A stretch of DNA of 40,716 nucleotides from Desulfobulbaceae bacterium (GCA_029865005.1 JAOTSI010000001.1:1-40716); one strand, 5' to 3'. Numbered from the stretch's first letter, positions 15,354 through 26,688 are shown. The notes: a model not told the origin generated them from the sequence alone. Made by a program: numbers and translations.

Positions 15354-15995
15354 ATGAAAAAGAAGTTACTCGTAACCTGTTTAACTTGTGTGACCCTAAG
15401 TGCCGGACCGGTACTCGCTGCAACTATGTATATAGACGCAAGTTTGGGCTATAATAAGGTTTCCGATGCCGACCATTTCGTGACCGATGGTTATAATTCG
15501 GCAAAAGGGCATTTGGAATATAAATCCTCATTTTATACCTCCGGTGCACTGGGAGTTGATTTCGGTCAATTTCGGGTGGAGGGCGAAATCGGCTATGCCG
15601 CCAGTGATTTCGAGGAAACAAACCGAACGCTCAAGAAACAAGGGGCCTTTGATGGCCAATTAACCAGCGCCAGTGTCATGTTTAATGGATATTTTGACGC
15701 AGAAAACAATTCCCGCTTCACTCCCTATGTTGGATTAGGCTTTGGCTTCACTTCTCTGGATTTTACTTATACTGATAATTATTGGGACGAAGATGCCATG
15801 AAGGAGGATGACCTGGTCATGGCTCATCAAGTAATGATCGGATTGGAAGCAGAAATAAACCCTTCAACATCAGTGACAGCAGAATACCGTTACTTCGGGG
15901 CCTCTGATCCAAGTTTTACCAATGACTTTGGTGAAACACTGGATACCGAATACAAATCCAACATGATTATTGGCTCGGTAAAATTCGCTCTTTAA
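15354..15995 (+). CDS. Outer-membrane beta-barrel protein (OmpA-like/porin-family small barrel)
   Basis: It has a signal peptide (MKKKLLVTCLTCVTLSAGPVLA). Alternating aromatic/hydrophobic beta-strand patterns are present (GVDFGQFRVEGEIGY, PYVGLGFGF, AEYRYF). A strong SD (aaggagag) is present. Confidence 0.75.
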   Translation: MKKKLLVTCLTCVTLSAGPVLAATMYIDASLGYNKVSDADHFVTDGYNSAKGHLEYKSSFYTSGALGVDFGQFRVEGEIGYAASDFEETNRTLKKQGAFDGQLTSASVMFNGYFDAENNSRFTPYVGLGFGFTSLDFTYTDNYWDEDAMKEDDLVMAHQVMIGLEAEINPSTSVTAEYRYFGASDPSFTNDFGETLDTEYKSNMIIGSVKFAL

Positions 15996-16016
15996 ACAGT
16001 AAACATCAATCGTTTT

Positions 16017-16047
16017 AACGGAGCTTGTCTTGCAAGCTCCGTTTTCC
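16017..16047 (+). terminator. Intrinsic terminator after the outer-membrane protein gene
   Basis: The sequence is aacggagcttgtcttgcaagctccgttttcc: an 11-bp stem followed by a T-run. Confidence 0.7.
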
Positions 16048-16153
16048 ATAAGTAGTCACAGGTACCTCATCTTCATGCGGTAGCCAATGCCCGCAAGATG
16101 GGCTATAATGAGCAACGGCAACTACATAAATCAAGGCATCAGTGACCACTTAC
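16048..16153. repeat. Family A ~105-bp palindromic repeat, copy 1 (right arm decayed)
   Basis: It reads ataagtagtcacaggtacctcatcttcatgcggtagcc...gggctataatgagc...cagtgaccacttac. Confidence 0.7.
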
Positions 16154-16354
16154 TGAATCTTGCGGTTTATAAAAACAAATAGTTGCCAACCCTGTGACCA
16201 GTTACCCCTTTTTATATACATTTCTTTAGTTTTTCAACACTTTGACTTAAGTAGATTAAAACCTAACCTAAAAAGCCTGCGCAATTTTGGAACATTTATT
16301 ATTTACCGCAGCCCTAAGCCCATTAAACCCTCGCCCTGTTTCCATAGGAAGTTT

Positions 16355-17242
16355 TCACTTCTTTTTAGTCCAACCTCTCGGGTATTTGATAAAAATATGT
16401 TTACGATACTCATCAAAAGCAAGGGTGAGCTCTTCTTCGGTATTCATAACTATGGGGCCAAGCCAGGCAATGGGCTCACCGATTGGCTTACCAGAAATTA
16501 GCAAAAATCGTACTCCACTCTGGGCTGTACTCACCGATATATAATTACCATCCTTGTAGAGTAGTAGAGTTTCATTGTCATACTCCTGTTCATGAGCCCC
16601 TTTTGTTTTCCCAAATATACCTCTACCAGCAATAACATAAACAAATACCGTGTAGCCTTCCGAGGTTTGGTGTTTATAAGTTGTTCCTGGCTCCAGGGTA
16701 ATGTCAAAATAACCAGGATCGATAAAATCATTTTTTACAGGTCCGCATATCTCACCCATCCGACCGCTAATCACCTTCACGGTAGTTCCATTTTCCAATT
16801 GCAATTCTGGTATTTCTACCGCATTAACGCTCCGATAAACTGGATCAGTCATTTTTTGGGATGCAGGCAAATTGGCCCATAACTGGAAACCTTCCATCCT
16901 CTCCTCACCATCGCCCTTAGGCATTTCCTGATGAACTATGCCACTACCTGCGGTCATCCACTGCATATCACCGGCGGAAATTATACCTGTGTTGCCCATG
17001 GAATCACCATGCTCTAACTCACCACTCAATACATAAGTTATAGTTTCAATACCCCGATGGGGATGCCACGGAAATCCTTTTATATAGTGCTCAACCCGAG
17101 TTGAACGAAAATCATCAAGCAATAAAAAGGGATCAAAAAGGGGAAGCTCGTTATAACCAAAAGCCCTTTTTAATCGCACACCAGCGCCTTCCAATACCGA
17201 TTTGCTTTTAAAAATTCTTTTTATAACTCTTTGATGTTCCAT
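16355..17242 (-). CDS. Pirin family protein
   Basis: The block FPWHPHRGIETITYVLSGELEHGDSMGN is the pirin cupin metal-binding signature. Length (295 aa) fits the bicupin layout. Confidence 0.9.
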   Translation of the reverse strand: MEHQRVIKRIFKSKSVLEGAGVRLKRAFGYNELPLFDPFLLLDDFRSTRVEHYIKGFPWHPHRGIETITYVLSGELEHGDSMGNTGIISAGDMQWMTAGSGIVHQEMPKGDGEERMEGFQLWANLPASQKMTDPVYRSVNAVEIPELQLENGTTVKVISGRMGEICGPVKNDFIDPGYFDITLEPGTTYKHQTSEGYTVFVYVIAGRGIFGKTKGAHEQEYDNETLLLYKDGNYISVSTAQSGVRFLLISGKPIGEPIAWLGPIVMNTEEELTLAFDEYRKHIFIKYPRGWTKKK

Positions 17243-17365
17243 AAAAGAACCTCACCAAAGTTAAGCTTGGCACCTGATGGGCAAAATGTTTAGCTTACAT
17301 TCAAGTAAAACAACAATTGATTAAATATCCACGAAAAATGATAATGTTGAACATTCACCTTTTTT

Positions 17366-17474
17366 GTATATGATCACAGGTGCCTCAGGTTTATGCAGTT
17401 GCTACTGCTCGCTATAGCCATTCTATGCAGGCAGGGGCAACCGCATGAGGATATGGTGCTTGTGACCACTTACC
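17366..17474. repeat. Family A palindromic repeat, copy 2
   Basis: It reads gtatatgatcacaggtgcctcaggtttatgcagttgctactgctcgctatagcc...ggggcaaccgcatgaggatatggtgcttgtgaccacttacc. Confidence 0.75.
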
Positions 17475-17595
17475 CTTTTTTGATTATACGGTGTTGCTTA
17501 TTATTAATTCAAATAAGAATCGATCAAGGTGAAATCATTTGTAGCGAAACTCTGTTTTCTGTGTTGCACTAAATCTGTATTAACCTATAGATTGT

Positions 17596-17722
17596 ATAAG
17601 CGTTCACCAGCACTACGCCTGAACTATAGCTCACCGGCCTTCTTGCACACATGCGCAGCACCAGTAAATGCTTACCGACTCAGTGTTATAGAACTTTTCT
17701 TTACAACCCGGTAAACGATTAC
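17596..17722 (+). repeat. Family C repeat, short copy
   Basis: It reads ataagcgttcaccagcactacgcct..gcgcagcaccagtaaatgcttacc..gttatagaacttttctttacaacccggtaaacgattac. It lacks about 30 bp of the core present at 10375. Confidence 0.65.
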
Positions 17723-17845
17723 TGTTGGATAAAGAAGAAGACTAAAAAGACAAGCCGGTAAGCACAAACTCCGAGATGGGATATTTTTTCAACGACTCTT
17801 TTATTATATTATCCGGTTAATAACCTATTTTATACAAGAGCAATT

Positions 17846-18652
17846 ATGAACAAGGAAAATTTTATAACCTTGACCACCGATTTTGGCCTAGCCGATACTT
17901 ATGTTGCCGAAATAAAAGGTGTGATATTCCAAAGAAATCCTACTGCTCAAATAATTGATTTGACCCATGCCATTGCGGCTCAAGATATTATAGCCGGTGC
18001 TCTGACCATCCATGCGAGCTACCAGTATTTCCCACTTAATACCGTACACATGATAGTAATAGACCCTGGCGTTGGCAGCGATCGAGCTATTCTGGCGGCC
18101 CAGTGTGATGACTATACCCTGATCGCCCCTGACAACGGCCTACTCTCATTATTTCTCAAGAACAAACTACTCCACACTATCCACAAAATAGAAAACAAAT
18201 CCCTTTTTCGTCATCATATAAGTTCTACTTTTCACGGTCGCGATATTATGGCCCCAGTAGCTGCCCAATTAGCCATGGGACTAAACATCCAAGAGGTTGG
18301 ATCTCTAATGGACCCCAGCTCCTGCATTCAAATAGAATGTATGAACTCTACTTGGGAAAATCGTTGGCTTTGCGGCAAAATTATCCATGTTGACCATTTC
18401 GGCAACATCCGAACTTCCATTACCGAAAAAGATCTAAGACAAAAGGCGAACAGCTCCCTTGAATGTCTAGAAATTAATGGACACATAATTAATATGCTGA
18501 GTATTAGTTACTCTCAGCACAAACCTGGTGAATTACTATCTATCCTTGATAGTGGTGGTTTTGTTGAGATCGCTGTTAATCAAGGAAATGCTGCTGAAAG
18601 CTTAGCCGCTCAGATAGGCGACCCTGTACGTATTTACTTGAAAACATCATAG
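17846..18652 (+). CDS. SAM hydrolase / SAM hydroxide adenosyltransferase family protein (DUF62)
   Basis: It has the N-terminal signature ITLTTDFGLADTYVAEIKGVI, plus DPGVGS and FHGRDIMAP blocks. Length is 268 aa. Confidence 0.85.
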   Translation: MNKENFITLTTDFGLADTYVAEIKGVIFQRNPTAQIIDLTHAIAAQDIIAGALTIHASYQYFPLNTVHMIVIDPGVGSDRAILAAQCDDYTLIAPDNGLLSLFLKNKLLHTIHKIENKSLFRHHISSTFHGRDIMAPVAAQLAMGLNIQEVGSLMDPSSCIQIECMNSTWENRWLCGKIIHVDHFGNIRTSITEKDLRQKANSSLECLEINGHIINMLSISYSQHKPGELLSILDSGGFVEIAVNQGNAAESLAAQIGDPVRIYLKTS

Positions 18653-18696
18653 TATCAAATATCACCTGGCTACCTAATCAACCCCACCTATATTTT

Positions 18697-19096
18697 GTAT
18701 GTGGTCTCAGGCACCTCATCTTCATGCGGTAGCCCCTTGCCCCATAGCCGTCAGGCTAATTCTTATCATAGCAAAAATGCAAGGCAAAATGAACTTGCAC
18801 CTTGCTGTGCGCTGTAGAGGCACTCCTTGTGGGTGCCCGCTGAGCTAATTCAAAGAATTTAAAATTATTTTTTTATATTAACTATTAGTAATAATAAATA
18901 CTTGTATTTTAGGGTGATTAAGACGGGCACCCACAAGGATTGCCCCTACAGTCCGAGACAGGCTACAAGATTGTTTTACTATTCAATACCAACACTTTAT
19001 CCAAATTATCCTGACAACTATGCCTCTTGCCCGCATAGATGGGCTATAGCGAGCAGGAGCTACTGCATATATCTGAAGCACCTGTGACCACTTACC
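18697..19096. repeat. Family A palindromic repeat, copy 3, split by insertion of a family B MITE
   Basis: The left half (18697-18742) is gtatgtggtctcaggcacctcatcttcatgcggtagcc... The right half (19023-19096) is ...ccgcatagatgggctatagcgagcaggagctactgcatatatctgaagcacctgtgaccacttacc. Joining the halves reconstitutes a normal family A copy. Confidence 0.75.
18743..19022 (+). mobile_element. MITE family B, 280-bp copy
   Basis: Its termini are catagccgtcaggctaa ... ttatcctgacaactatg (inverted, 3 mismatches). The flanks ccccttgccc and cctcttgccc are a 9/10 direct duplication. Internally there are two GC hairpins (ggcactccttgtgggtgcc, gggcacccacaaggattgccc) around an AT-rich core. Confidence 0.8.
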
Positions 19097-19476
19097 ATTA
19101 TATTTTTATTTTCAAAAAAATTATTTCTATATTTTTTAAAATTATTTTCTTAATGATACCAATAATCGACAGGTAAATATTTTTAACAAATCTATTATCT
19201 CATAATAACAATAGGTTCTATCCAACCCTTAGATCGCAAACATAGTAATTAATACTATAGAGAACAGAGAATTATTATTGTAACTAAAAGGAATTATTAT
19301 TTCTATTTACTGTCACCTGTAAAATTGTATATATAAAAATACTATTATACACTGGACGCCAAAGCATTTCATAATTTTTCAACTTAACATTTTACAATAA
19401 TAGGTGTTTTGACCACTTAGGATATTTATAGAAATAGGTTGCTCTGAAAATAGTTAAAAAAACAGGGAGGTGGAAA

Positions 19477-20019
19477 ATGGCTCAATTTAATGCGCTAGCT
19501 ATGGGAGTAGAAGTTAACGGGGAAACAGTATTATCCGTTATCGACGGCATGGGTGTATTTAAAGCACAGGCGATAAAAATCTTAGAAGAAAATGGAGTAA
19601 CCAACCCTACACCCGGCATGTGGTACAAACAACAGGCATGGCTTGATGCTTTTAAATATATCGCAGAAGAGATTGGACCAAGTACCCTGTTCAATATAGG
19701 AAGAAAAATTCCTGAAAACGCCCAATTCCCTACTGATATTGACAATATTAAAGAAGCACTGAGCGCAATTGATATTGCCTACCACATGAACCATAGAGGA
19801 GGCGAGATAGGCCACTATACCTTTGAATCAACCGGTCAAAAGTCAGGATTAGTAACCTGTAACAATCCGTATCCATGCGATTTTGATAAGGGAATAATTG
19901 AGTCCATGGCAAGGAAGTTTCAACCGGCCGACTCTATAATGATAGTGGTAAGTCATGATCAGAGTGCCGAATGTAGAACAAATGGCGGAAAAACTTGTAT
20001 CTACAAAGTAACATGGTAA
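19477..20019 (+). CDS. Hypothetical soluble protein (180 aa), function unknown
   Basis: A strong SD (gggaggtgg) lies 6 nt upstream of the ATG, and coding-like composition contrasts with a very AT-rich 375-bp upstream region. It has four Cys in the C-terminal third. I recognised no family. Confidence 0.6.
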   Translation: MAQFNALAMGVEVNGETVLSVIDGMGVFKAQAIKILEENGVTNPTPGMWYKQQAWLDAFKYIAEEIGPSTLFNIGRKIPENAQFPTDIDNIKEALSAIDIAYHMNHRGGEIGHYTFESTGQKSGLVTCNNPYPCDFDKGIIESMARKFQPADSIMIVVSHDQSAECRTNGGKTCIYKVTW

Positions 20020-20062
20020 ACAATTACCTTTTTTCAATACAAAGAAGAAAATAGCCCTCCTT

Positions 20063-20099
20063 GATCCCTGGTATTGTGCACTCTTAACGATACCAGGGA
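20063..20099. terminator. Hairpin between convergent genes (possible bidirectional terminator)
   Basis: The sequence is atccctggtat-N15-ataccagggat: an 11-bp perfect stem with no clear U-run. Confidence 0.35.
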
Positions 20100-20112
20100 T
20101 TACAACGTTTCA

Positions 20113-23100
20113 TTATTTTGCCCCCAACGTTTTTTCCTGTAACAGATATTTTTCTATAATCGGAGCCTCAACCGGTTTACTAAAGATATAACCCTGAATC
20201 TGTTCGCAATCCATCTTTCGTAAAAAATCCAGCTGTTCAACCGTTTCAACCCCCTCGGCCACCACATGAAGCCCAAGACTACGAGCCATGGAAATAGTAG
20301 CAGAAGTAATAGCCACATCATCTTCGTTGTGGGGCAATTCCATAATAAACGCTCTATCGATTTTTAACGCATCGATGGGAAGTTGTTTAAGATACTGCAA
20401 TGATGAGTAACCAGTACCAAAATCATCAATGGAAAAACGAATGCCAGTTTTACGTAATAATCTTAATAGTTCAATAGCCTGGTTGACATTGTCCATTAGA
20501 AGACTTTCGGTAATTTCAAATTCAAGAAATTTAGCAGCCAAACCACTTTGCCCCAAAATATCTGCGATAGTTTTGTCCAGTCCTTTTTGATGAAATTGGC
20601 GTGGAGAAAGATTAACCGAAATAGAAATAGGATAACCACGATCATGCCACTTCTTTGTTTGAAAACAAGCAGTACGCAAGACCCATTCCCCCAAAGGTAC
20701 GATTAATCCAGTACTTTCCGCCACCGGAATAAACTCCATGGGAGAAATTGGCTCACCATTCCTACGATGCCAACGCAAAAGAGCCTCACTTCCTTCAATC
20801 TTCCCGCTTATCAGATTAACCCGTGGTTGATAATAGACTTCAAATTCATCTCGCTCTAAACCATATCGCAAGTCGTTCTCTAAACGTATCCGATTAGTTA
20901 CCTTATCATTTAATGACTCGGTAAAGAGTTGATAGCGGTTTTTTCCAGTTTCCTTGGCCCGGTGCATGGCCATGTCCGCATTTTTAATTAAGGTCGAAGC
21001 ATCCAGGCCATCGGTAGGATAAATGGTAATCCCAATGCTGACTCCGGCAAAAAGCTGGCTGCTACCAATGGTAATTGGCTGGGACAAAGCATCCATAACT
21101 TTTTTGGCCCCGGAAAATGCCTCAGTTTCATCTATTATTTCAGGTAAAAGTATTATAAATTCATCGCCACCCAGACGAGCCACAGAATCATCTACCCGGC
21201 AGGTACTAAGTAAAAGATTAGCTACTTCTTGAAGAAACATATCACCGATGTTATGGCCTATTGAATCGTTGATATTTTTAAAATTGTCCAAATCAAGGGA
21301 CAGCACCGCCAAAGAGGTATTGGTACGCTTAGCATGGGCCAGGGACATCTCCAGTCGATCTATAAAAAGTTGCCTATTGGGAAGTCCGGTCAGCACGTCA
21401 TGATAAGCCTGGTAACGAAGTTTCTCTTCACCACGTTTAATTTCAGATATATCGTAAAAAACTGCTACATGATGAGATATATTACCAAGATTATCTTTGA
21501 TTGCCGTAATGGAAAGTCGCTCAGGGTAGGGTTCACCGCTCTTTTTCCGGTTCCAAATCTCACCACTCCAAAACCCTTCTTCTTTAATGCCACGCCACAT
21601 AGAGGCATAAAAGGAATCATCATGCAGATCTGATTTGAGAATTCTTGGATTACGACCAATCACTTCACTGGCCTCATATCCGGTGATAGCGGTAAACCCA
21701 GGGTTGACCTTTTCAATATTTCCGTCCTTATCGGTAATAGTGATACCTTCCACACTATTTTCAAAAACCGATGCCAATAGAAGAAGTTGCTCTTCGTATA
21801 CTTTGCGCTCAGTTATATCTTGACCGAATAAATAATATGAATCAGAGGTCTTAATGGGTACGGTCATAAATGAAAAAACTCGTTCGCCCACAGTTATTTC
21901 GATATTTTGACACGGCTCCTGATTGTGAAGGGCAGCTCTAAAAATTAACCACCATTGCTCTGGCAACGGACCGTCAAAGGTATCACCACATCCTTCCAAT
22001 AGGCAGGACGTGGCCGGATTAGCATAGAGTACCGTGCCTTGTGATGAAACTCGCAGGATGGGATTTGGATTTTGTTCGGGAAATTGAGCGAGGATATTGA
22101 TATCTTCCTCGTGCCGTTTGAGTTCTGTTTGATCTCGTAGGTTTATAACGATATGGTTTACGGAATCACCTGTTCCTAAGATCGGATAAAAGGTTATATC
22201 CATATAACGGCTGTTTCCGTCTGGATAATCAAGCCATTGTCTTTTTCGCATGGTCTGACCGTCAAAAACTTTCTCTATATCATCCTTAAAAACAGATTCA
22301 TAAACCGAACGGCTTACCAACTCAGGAAAAGTAATCTGATTAATTTTCGTAAAATCTGAACCAAATGCGTGTTGAAATGCTTTATTTACAATTTCAAAAC
22401 TAAGGGAGGAATCTAATAGAACTATCTGGTCCCCAGCGGTTGCCACCATTTTCTCTGATTTGACCAGTTTTTCTTCTGAATGGTGTCTTTTTTCTCCGGT
22501 ATGGGCCAAAAGCCAAGAAACAAAAGCCAGTAAAAAGAAAACTCCAATATTTATCCTTATGCTGCGCCCATCAAATGAGTAAAAAGCGGCAAATAGGGAC
22601 GTGGAGGGAACGATAGAAACTATTTTCCAGGAAATTCCTTCAATTTCAGCTGGTAAAATATTTGACTCCGAAAGAGAACCTGTTGATGCAATATAGCTAT
22701 TGACGCTGTGTTGAGGATAAAATGTAGCGTAAGTAATTAGACCAAGCTCATCAACAAATTGACCAGATTCTTCCTTAAGTATTTTTCCCCATACAACCGG
22801 ATATATAGCTGAAAAACTTTTTCCCCCTTTACCACCATTTAAAAAAGAAATTTTTTCCTGCCGGTGTAAATTTAAGAAATTGTTGCCAGAAGAATTAAAC
22901 ATCATCAGTACAGCATGACTGTCTTTAAAGGCGGTGTCCATAGCAACAAAAAGATCATTAATGCCATAATCAAGAATTACTACCCCTAATCGATATTGGT
23001 CAAGGTTGAAAACTGGTGTGGCGAAACTCATCACCGTTATATCCAGTTCCTTGTTTCCTTTTTTAATAGAATGCAACGGAGATACTAAAATAACGTCCTT

Positions 23101-23580
23101 CTTGCTCTCTAAGGCTTTGGTTATGAGCTGGGAGGAGGATATATCACTATCCACAGATTCAAGACCATTCTTATTCATTCCATCATGATCAATCAGGAGG
23201 CGATACCGCCCCATAGAATCAGTAAACCGTATGTAATTATATTTATTTTTATACTTCGTAAAAACCGAAAATTCCTTAATCAGACCAGATAGGGTAGGAT
23301 TTGTCGGTCCATAATTATCAGGAATGGGCTCAAATTCGTGATGATTAGCTAATACCCGGAGATCTCCGAGAATTGAATTAAAACGTTGTTCAATAAGATT
23401 GCGCTGCTCATTAACACTACGGGCCTCTTTTTGCCGTAGCAACTTTTCATCACCTTGTAGTTTAGTGTAATGTAAAGTCGTTAAAACAAAAACATATGCT
23501 ATAGTGATAGGGATAAAAAGCCTAAGGAACCGAAGAACTATTTTATATGTGGATATTTCCGGATCGTTAAACAAGGCCAT
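20113..23580 (-). CDS. Sensor diguanylate cyclase/phosphodiesterase (TM, Cache-like periplasmic domain, TM, PAS repeats, GGDEF, EAL)
   Basis: 1155 aa. An N-terminal TM helix, a ~300-aa extracytoplasmic region and a second TM helix are followed by about three PAS blocks. The GGDEF site is intact ([10 protein letters not shown]). EAL motifs are present ([22 protein letters not shown]). Confidence 0.9.
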   Translation of the reverse strand: MALFNDPEISTYKIVLRFLRLFIPITIAYVFVLTTLHYTKLQGDEKLLRQKEARSVNEQRNLIEQRFNSILGDLRVLANHHEFEPIPDNYGPTNPTLSGLIKEFSVFTKYKNKYNYIRFTDSMGRYRLLIDHDGMNKNGLESVDSDISSSQLITKALESKKDVILVSPLHSIKKGNKELDITVMSFATPVFNLDQYRLGVVILDYGINDLFVAMDTAFKDSHAVLMMFNSSGNNFLNLHRQEKISFLNGGKGGKSFSAIYPVVWGKILKEESGQFVDELGLITYATFYPQHSVNSYIASTGSLSESNILPAEIEGISWKIVSIVPSTSLFAAFYSFDGRSIRINIGVFFLLAFVSWLLAHTGEKRHHSEEKLVKSEKMVATAGDQIVLLDSSLSFEIVNKAFQHAFGSDFTKINQITFPELVSRSVYESVFKDDIEKVFDGQTMRKRQWLDYPDGNSRYMDITFYPILGTGDSVNHIVINLRDQTELKRHEEDINILAQFPEQNPNPILRVSSQGTVLYANPATSCLLEGCGDTFDGPLPEQWWLIFRAALHNQEPCQNIEITVGERVFSFMTVPIKTSDSYYLFGQDITERKVYEEQLLLLASVFENSVEGITITDKDGNIEKVNPGFTAITGYEASEVIGRNPRILKSDLHDDSFYASMWRGIKEEGFWSGEIWNRKKSGEPYPERLSITAIKDNLGNISHHVAVFYDISEIKRGEEKLRYQAYHDVLTGLPNRQLFIDRLEMSLAHAKRTNTSLAVLSLDLDNFKNINDSIGHNIGDMFLQEVANLLLSTCRVDDSVARLGGDEFIILLPEIIDETEAFSGAKKVMDALSQPITIGSSQLFAGVSIGITIYPTDGLDASTLIKNADMAMHRAKETGKNRYQLFTESLNDKVTNRIRLENDLRYGLERDEFEVYYQPRVNLISGKIEGSEALLRWHRRNGEPISPMEFIPVAESTGLIVPLGEWVLRTACFQTKKWHDRGYPISISVNLSPRQFHQKGLDKTIADILGQSGLAAKFLEFEITESLLMDNVNQAIELLRLLRKTGIRFSIDDFGTGYSSLQYLKQLPIDALKIDRAFIMELPHNEDDVAITSATISMARSLGLHVVAEGVETVEQLDFLRKMDCEQIQGYIFSKPVEAPIIEKYLLQEKTLGAK

Positions 23581-23702
23581 AATAATTAGTTCACCTTATG
23601 ATTAATAAATAGCAACCACCTACCGCACATACAGCAAAAGAGGTATAATTTCGTACTTGGCCACAGAGTATATAACTATTTGATCTAATACACCGCAAGA
23701 TA

Positions 23703-23808
23703 GTAAGCAGTCACAGGTGCCTCAAATTTAAGCAGTAGTCGCTGCTCGCTATAGCTCATCATGCGGGCGGGCTACTGCATGAAGATGAGGTGCCTGTAAC
23801 CACTTACC
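23703..23808. repeat. Family A palindromic repeat, copy 4
   Basis: It reads gtaagcagtcacaggtgcctcaaatttaagcagtagtcgctgctcgctatagctc...gggctactgcatgaagatgaggtgcctgtaaccacttacc. Confidence 0.75.
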
Positions 23809-23914
23809 TATATAACCCTATAACTGTGCTACAATAGAACTCTCATAAATACTTTATCATTAATCTAATGTATGTAAAAAATGACCGGATAACAAGAGAC
23901 CACCCCACTATAAT

Positions 23915-25090
23915 TTAAACTAAACGCGCCATAATTGAATTAGCAATGGGAAGACCTAAGGGGCTAAGGTGCAGGTGATCCCCATCGATAACCAGAAATT
24001 TATCGTTGATCAATTTCGATAAAATCTCGCCATAATATGTTAATGCATTGATACCGAAACGGTGGTGCAACTCACTAATGGAAACCCCGTCAAGCATACG
24101 AAGTCCCATAATTACTGCTTCCCGAAACCAGGTTTCATCGTCGAGTACTTCCTCTTCCACAGGAACAACTCCTGCTTGTTCTATGCTTTCACAGTAAGCA
24201 TTCACGTCAGCCACATTAGCTGCACGCCGGATATTAAGCCGCGATACCGCTCCGGGTCCCAGTCCCAAATATGGATAAGCTCTCCAATAGTTACGATTAT
24301 GTTCACACTCAAAACCTGGAAGCGCATAATTGGAAATCTCATAACGTAAAATCCCCATAGCCGTACACTCCCGCACAGTGATATCCATCATCTCTAACAC
24401 TTCATCCTCATGGGGTAGATGACAAACATCCTCGGCCAACCGACGAGCCAAAGGAGTCCCCTCTTCTGGAGTCAACTCATAAATAGATAAATGCTGCGGT
24501 TCCATCTCCAGTCCGCGCAAAAGCGTTTCCCGCCATTGGCTCGGAGTTTGACCAGGCAATCCGTACATCAAATCAATGCTGACGTTGTGAAAACCAGCTC
24601 TCCGGGCAGAGCGCATGGTTTTCTCAGCTTCTGCAACACAATGGGGTCTTCCGAGTAATCGCAGCTCTTCATCGTTTAATGATTGCACTCCGATGGATAT
24701 ACGGTTGAAACCCCCTCTTCGTAAAGTAAGCAATCCATTATAATCCACGGTTGCCGGGTTAACCTCAATGCTGACTTCTGGATTATCATCAACATCAAAG
24801 ATATTCCTACTCAGCTGGAGTAATTCAACCAAGGAACTGGGAGATAACATAGTAGGAGTACCGCCACCGAAAAATATGGTGGCAAACTCTCGGTTGGCCA
24901 TGGAACTTCGCTGAGAATAAAATGATATTTCCTTATGCAGTCCTTTAAAGAAACGTTCAATTGGAAGGTTTGTACCCGCTATGGAGTAGAAAGCACAATA
25001 GTCGCATTTAGAGCGACAAAAGGGGATATGAATATAAAGCCCATGGGGTAAGATATCTTCCCTATGGCTGGACAAATAACTGTCTAACAT
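23915..25090 (-). CDS. hemW: Radical SAM heme chaperone HemW (HemN-like, oxygen-independent coproporphyrinogen oxidase family)
   Basis: LYIHIPFCRSKCDYCAF carries the CxxxCxxC radical-SAM cluster motif. GGGTP and HemN_C-like C-terminal blocks are present. Length is 391 aa. Confidence 0.85.
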   Translation of the reverse strand: MLDSYLSSHREDILPHGLYIHIPFCRSKCDYCAFYSIAGTNLPIERFFKGLHKEISFYSQRSSMANREFATIFFGGGTPTMLSPSSLVELLQLSRNIFDVDDNPEVSIEVNPATVDYNGLLTLRRGGFNRISIGVQSLNDEELRLLGRPHCVAEAEKTMRSARRAGFHNVSIDLMYGLPGQTPSQWRETLLRGLEMEPQHLSIYELTPEEGTPLARRLAEDVCHLPHEDEVLEMMDITVRECTAMGILRYEISNYALPGFECEHNRNYWRAYPYLGLGPGAVSRLNIRRAANVADVNAYCESIEQAGVVPVEEEVLDDETWFREAVIMGLRMLDGVSISELHHRFGINALTYYGEILSKLINDKFLVIDGDHLHLSPLGLPIANSIMARLV

Positions 25091-25427
25091 AACGAACTAG
25101 AATGCAAAGTATATCTTTTAGGGGAACATGGGGAACCATGCTTTTGATTTCCAGCCTAGTTCCCTCATCCGTCAATCAGCAATATATAACATTGATTACC
25201 AACTAATATATTTTTCTAACCTTCAATATACCGGTAAGCAATTAGCTTGATTTATTTCGAGCATTTAAGCTTTTTGAGAGCCAAATGCAATTGAGCTGGC
25301 CTTGGGTCTTTCACGTAATATTGTTTTTAAACCGTGTTTGCCAACTTCCTTCGTATAAATTCAATGTGGCACGTGAAACAATGAAAATAGGGGATATTAC
25401 TCACGTCGCTTAAGGCCTTGACGTATT

Positions 25428-26144
25428 TCAACTCGTTATCTTCTCAGGAGCCACGGCCTCTTTGCTTACTATCAGGAGTAATAATCCAAGGGTGATCATT
25501 GAAATGAGATTATATGATGCCTCATTGGGATATGACGTAGGTATATCAGAGGGAAATGTGTAAATAAGAACAAAAGTTAAAGCTAAGGTTATACAACTTG
25601 CGGATGGTAGGTATACTAATATTAGAAGCTTTCGCATTAAGTTTGGTCTGTTTTCGCTATTTTTTCTTGAAGCAAAATACATTAGTACGGCACTTATGAG
25701 TGCAAAAACATTAAGACTAATAACGCCATTTATGGCTACTGGTTCCTCCAGGCCAAAAACTCTGGGAGTATACCAATACATAAATGCACCATAAACCCCG
25801 AGGATATAGGAAAAAATACTGCCTATCAAAAGCACCCATCTCCAAAAACTGGGTTCACTATTTTGCCTTGACGACCGTGAAGGAATAAACGGTGCAAATA
25901 TAGCTAATGATATTAAACATATTACCCCACCAATTACAAAAGCAATTAACGGTGACACCACACCATGTATTTCCCTATCCGGTAATGAATACAGACAAAT
26001 AAATCCTATAATAATTGGATAGAATGCAATGATAAACAGTGATAATCCCGCAGATATTTTAATTCTATCTTTTATACATGTTATAATTATGGCCAAATAA
26101 ACAAATACTGGTAACACTTTTTGGGTAATGCTTAATTCTTCCAT
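25428..26144 (-). CDS. Hypothetical polytopic membrane protein (~7 TM)
   Basis: 238 aa, almost entirely hydrophobic helices. I recognised no motif. Confidence 0.55.
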   Translation of the reverse strand: MEELSITQKVLPVFVYLAIIITCIKDRIKISAGLSLFIIAFYPIIIGFICLYSLPDREIHGVVSPLIAFVIGGVICLISLAIFAPFIPSRSSRQNSEPSFWRWVLLIGSIFSYILGVYGAFMYWYTPRVFGLEEPVAINGVISLNVFALISAVLMYFASRKNSENRPNLMRKLLILVYLPSASCITLALTFVLIYTFPSDIPTSYPNEASYNLISMITLGLLLLIVSKEAVAPEKITS

Positions 26145-26688
26145 AGAAAATATTCCTTTTAAATTGATAGATCAAAATAGTTAAGTGTTAACGGTGAACT
26201 ATTATTTATGAATTCAGTGTGTAAAACAATTTGCTTCCATATACTTTTAAAACATGATGGGCAATCCTGTACCTGTCAACCATATAGTTAATTTTCAATA
26301 TATTTTTTTAAGATTGAAGATAGTAAACTAACGTGCTCAAAGCTAAATGTATTCATTTGACCTAGTACCAATTATCTTTAAAAGATAACATCCTATTCGA
26401 GCTAGTGACCACGGTTGTTCCGATACTAAAAGAGAAACCAGTTGGATCATAAAATTGATATAGCTTTAATATATTAACATTTCTAACGAATAAAGAGAGA
26501 GATGTCAAATAGCGTATTCCACCTGCCGGTGGCTCGTGTTTAGCTTATGACTTAGTCGTCTTGGCAGGGTTATGGAAACGTAAAAGGGACATAATGTTGA
26601 ACTAATTATGCTGTAATGAGGTCGCAAGACAAGCCAAGGACAGGTAAATAGTGCGTTAAACCAACTATTTATACTCCTGTGACCAGGT

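Noticed and set aside
16160-16544. Two overlapping plus-strand ORFs (113 and 85 aa)
   Set aside because: They have low-complexity composition, no SD and no recognisable motif. They overlap the 3' end of the well-supported pirin gene on the other strand.
17529-17714. 61-aa ORF in the ORF track
   Set aside because: It is coextensive with the family C repeat copy at 17596-17722. The equivalent frames are not conserved in the other copies.
18902-19087. 61-aa ORF in the ORF track
   Set aside because: It lies entirely within the family B MITE and the right half of the family A repeat, with no ribosome-binding site. It is a repeat-derived open frame.
19340-19370. Possible sigma54 promoter (tggacgccaaagca) upstream of the 19477 gene
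   Set aside because: The GG-to-GC spacing is 8 nt, not the 10 nt required for the -24/-12 consensus.
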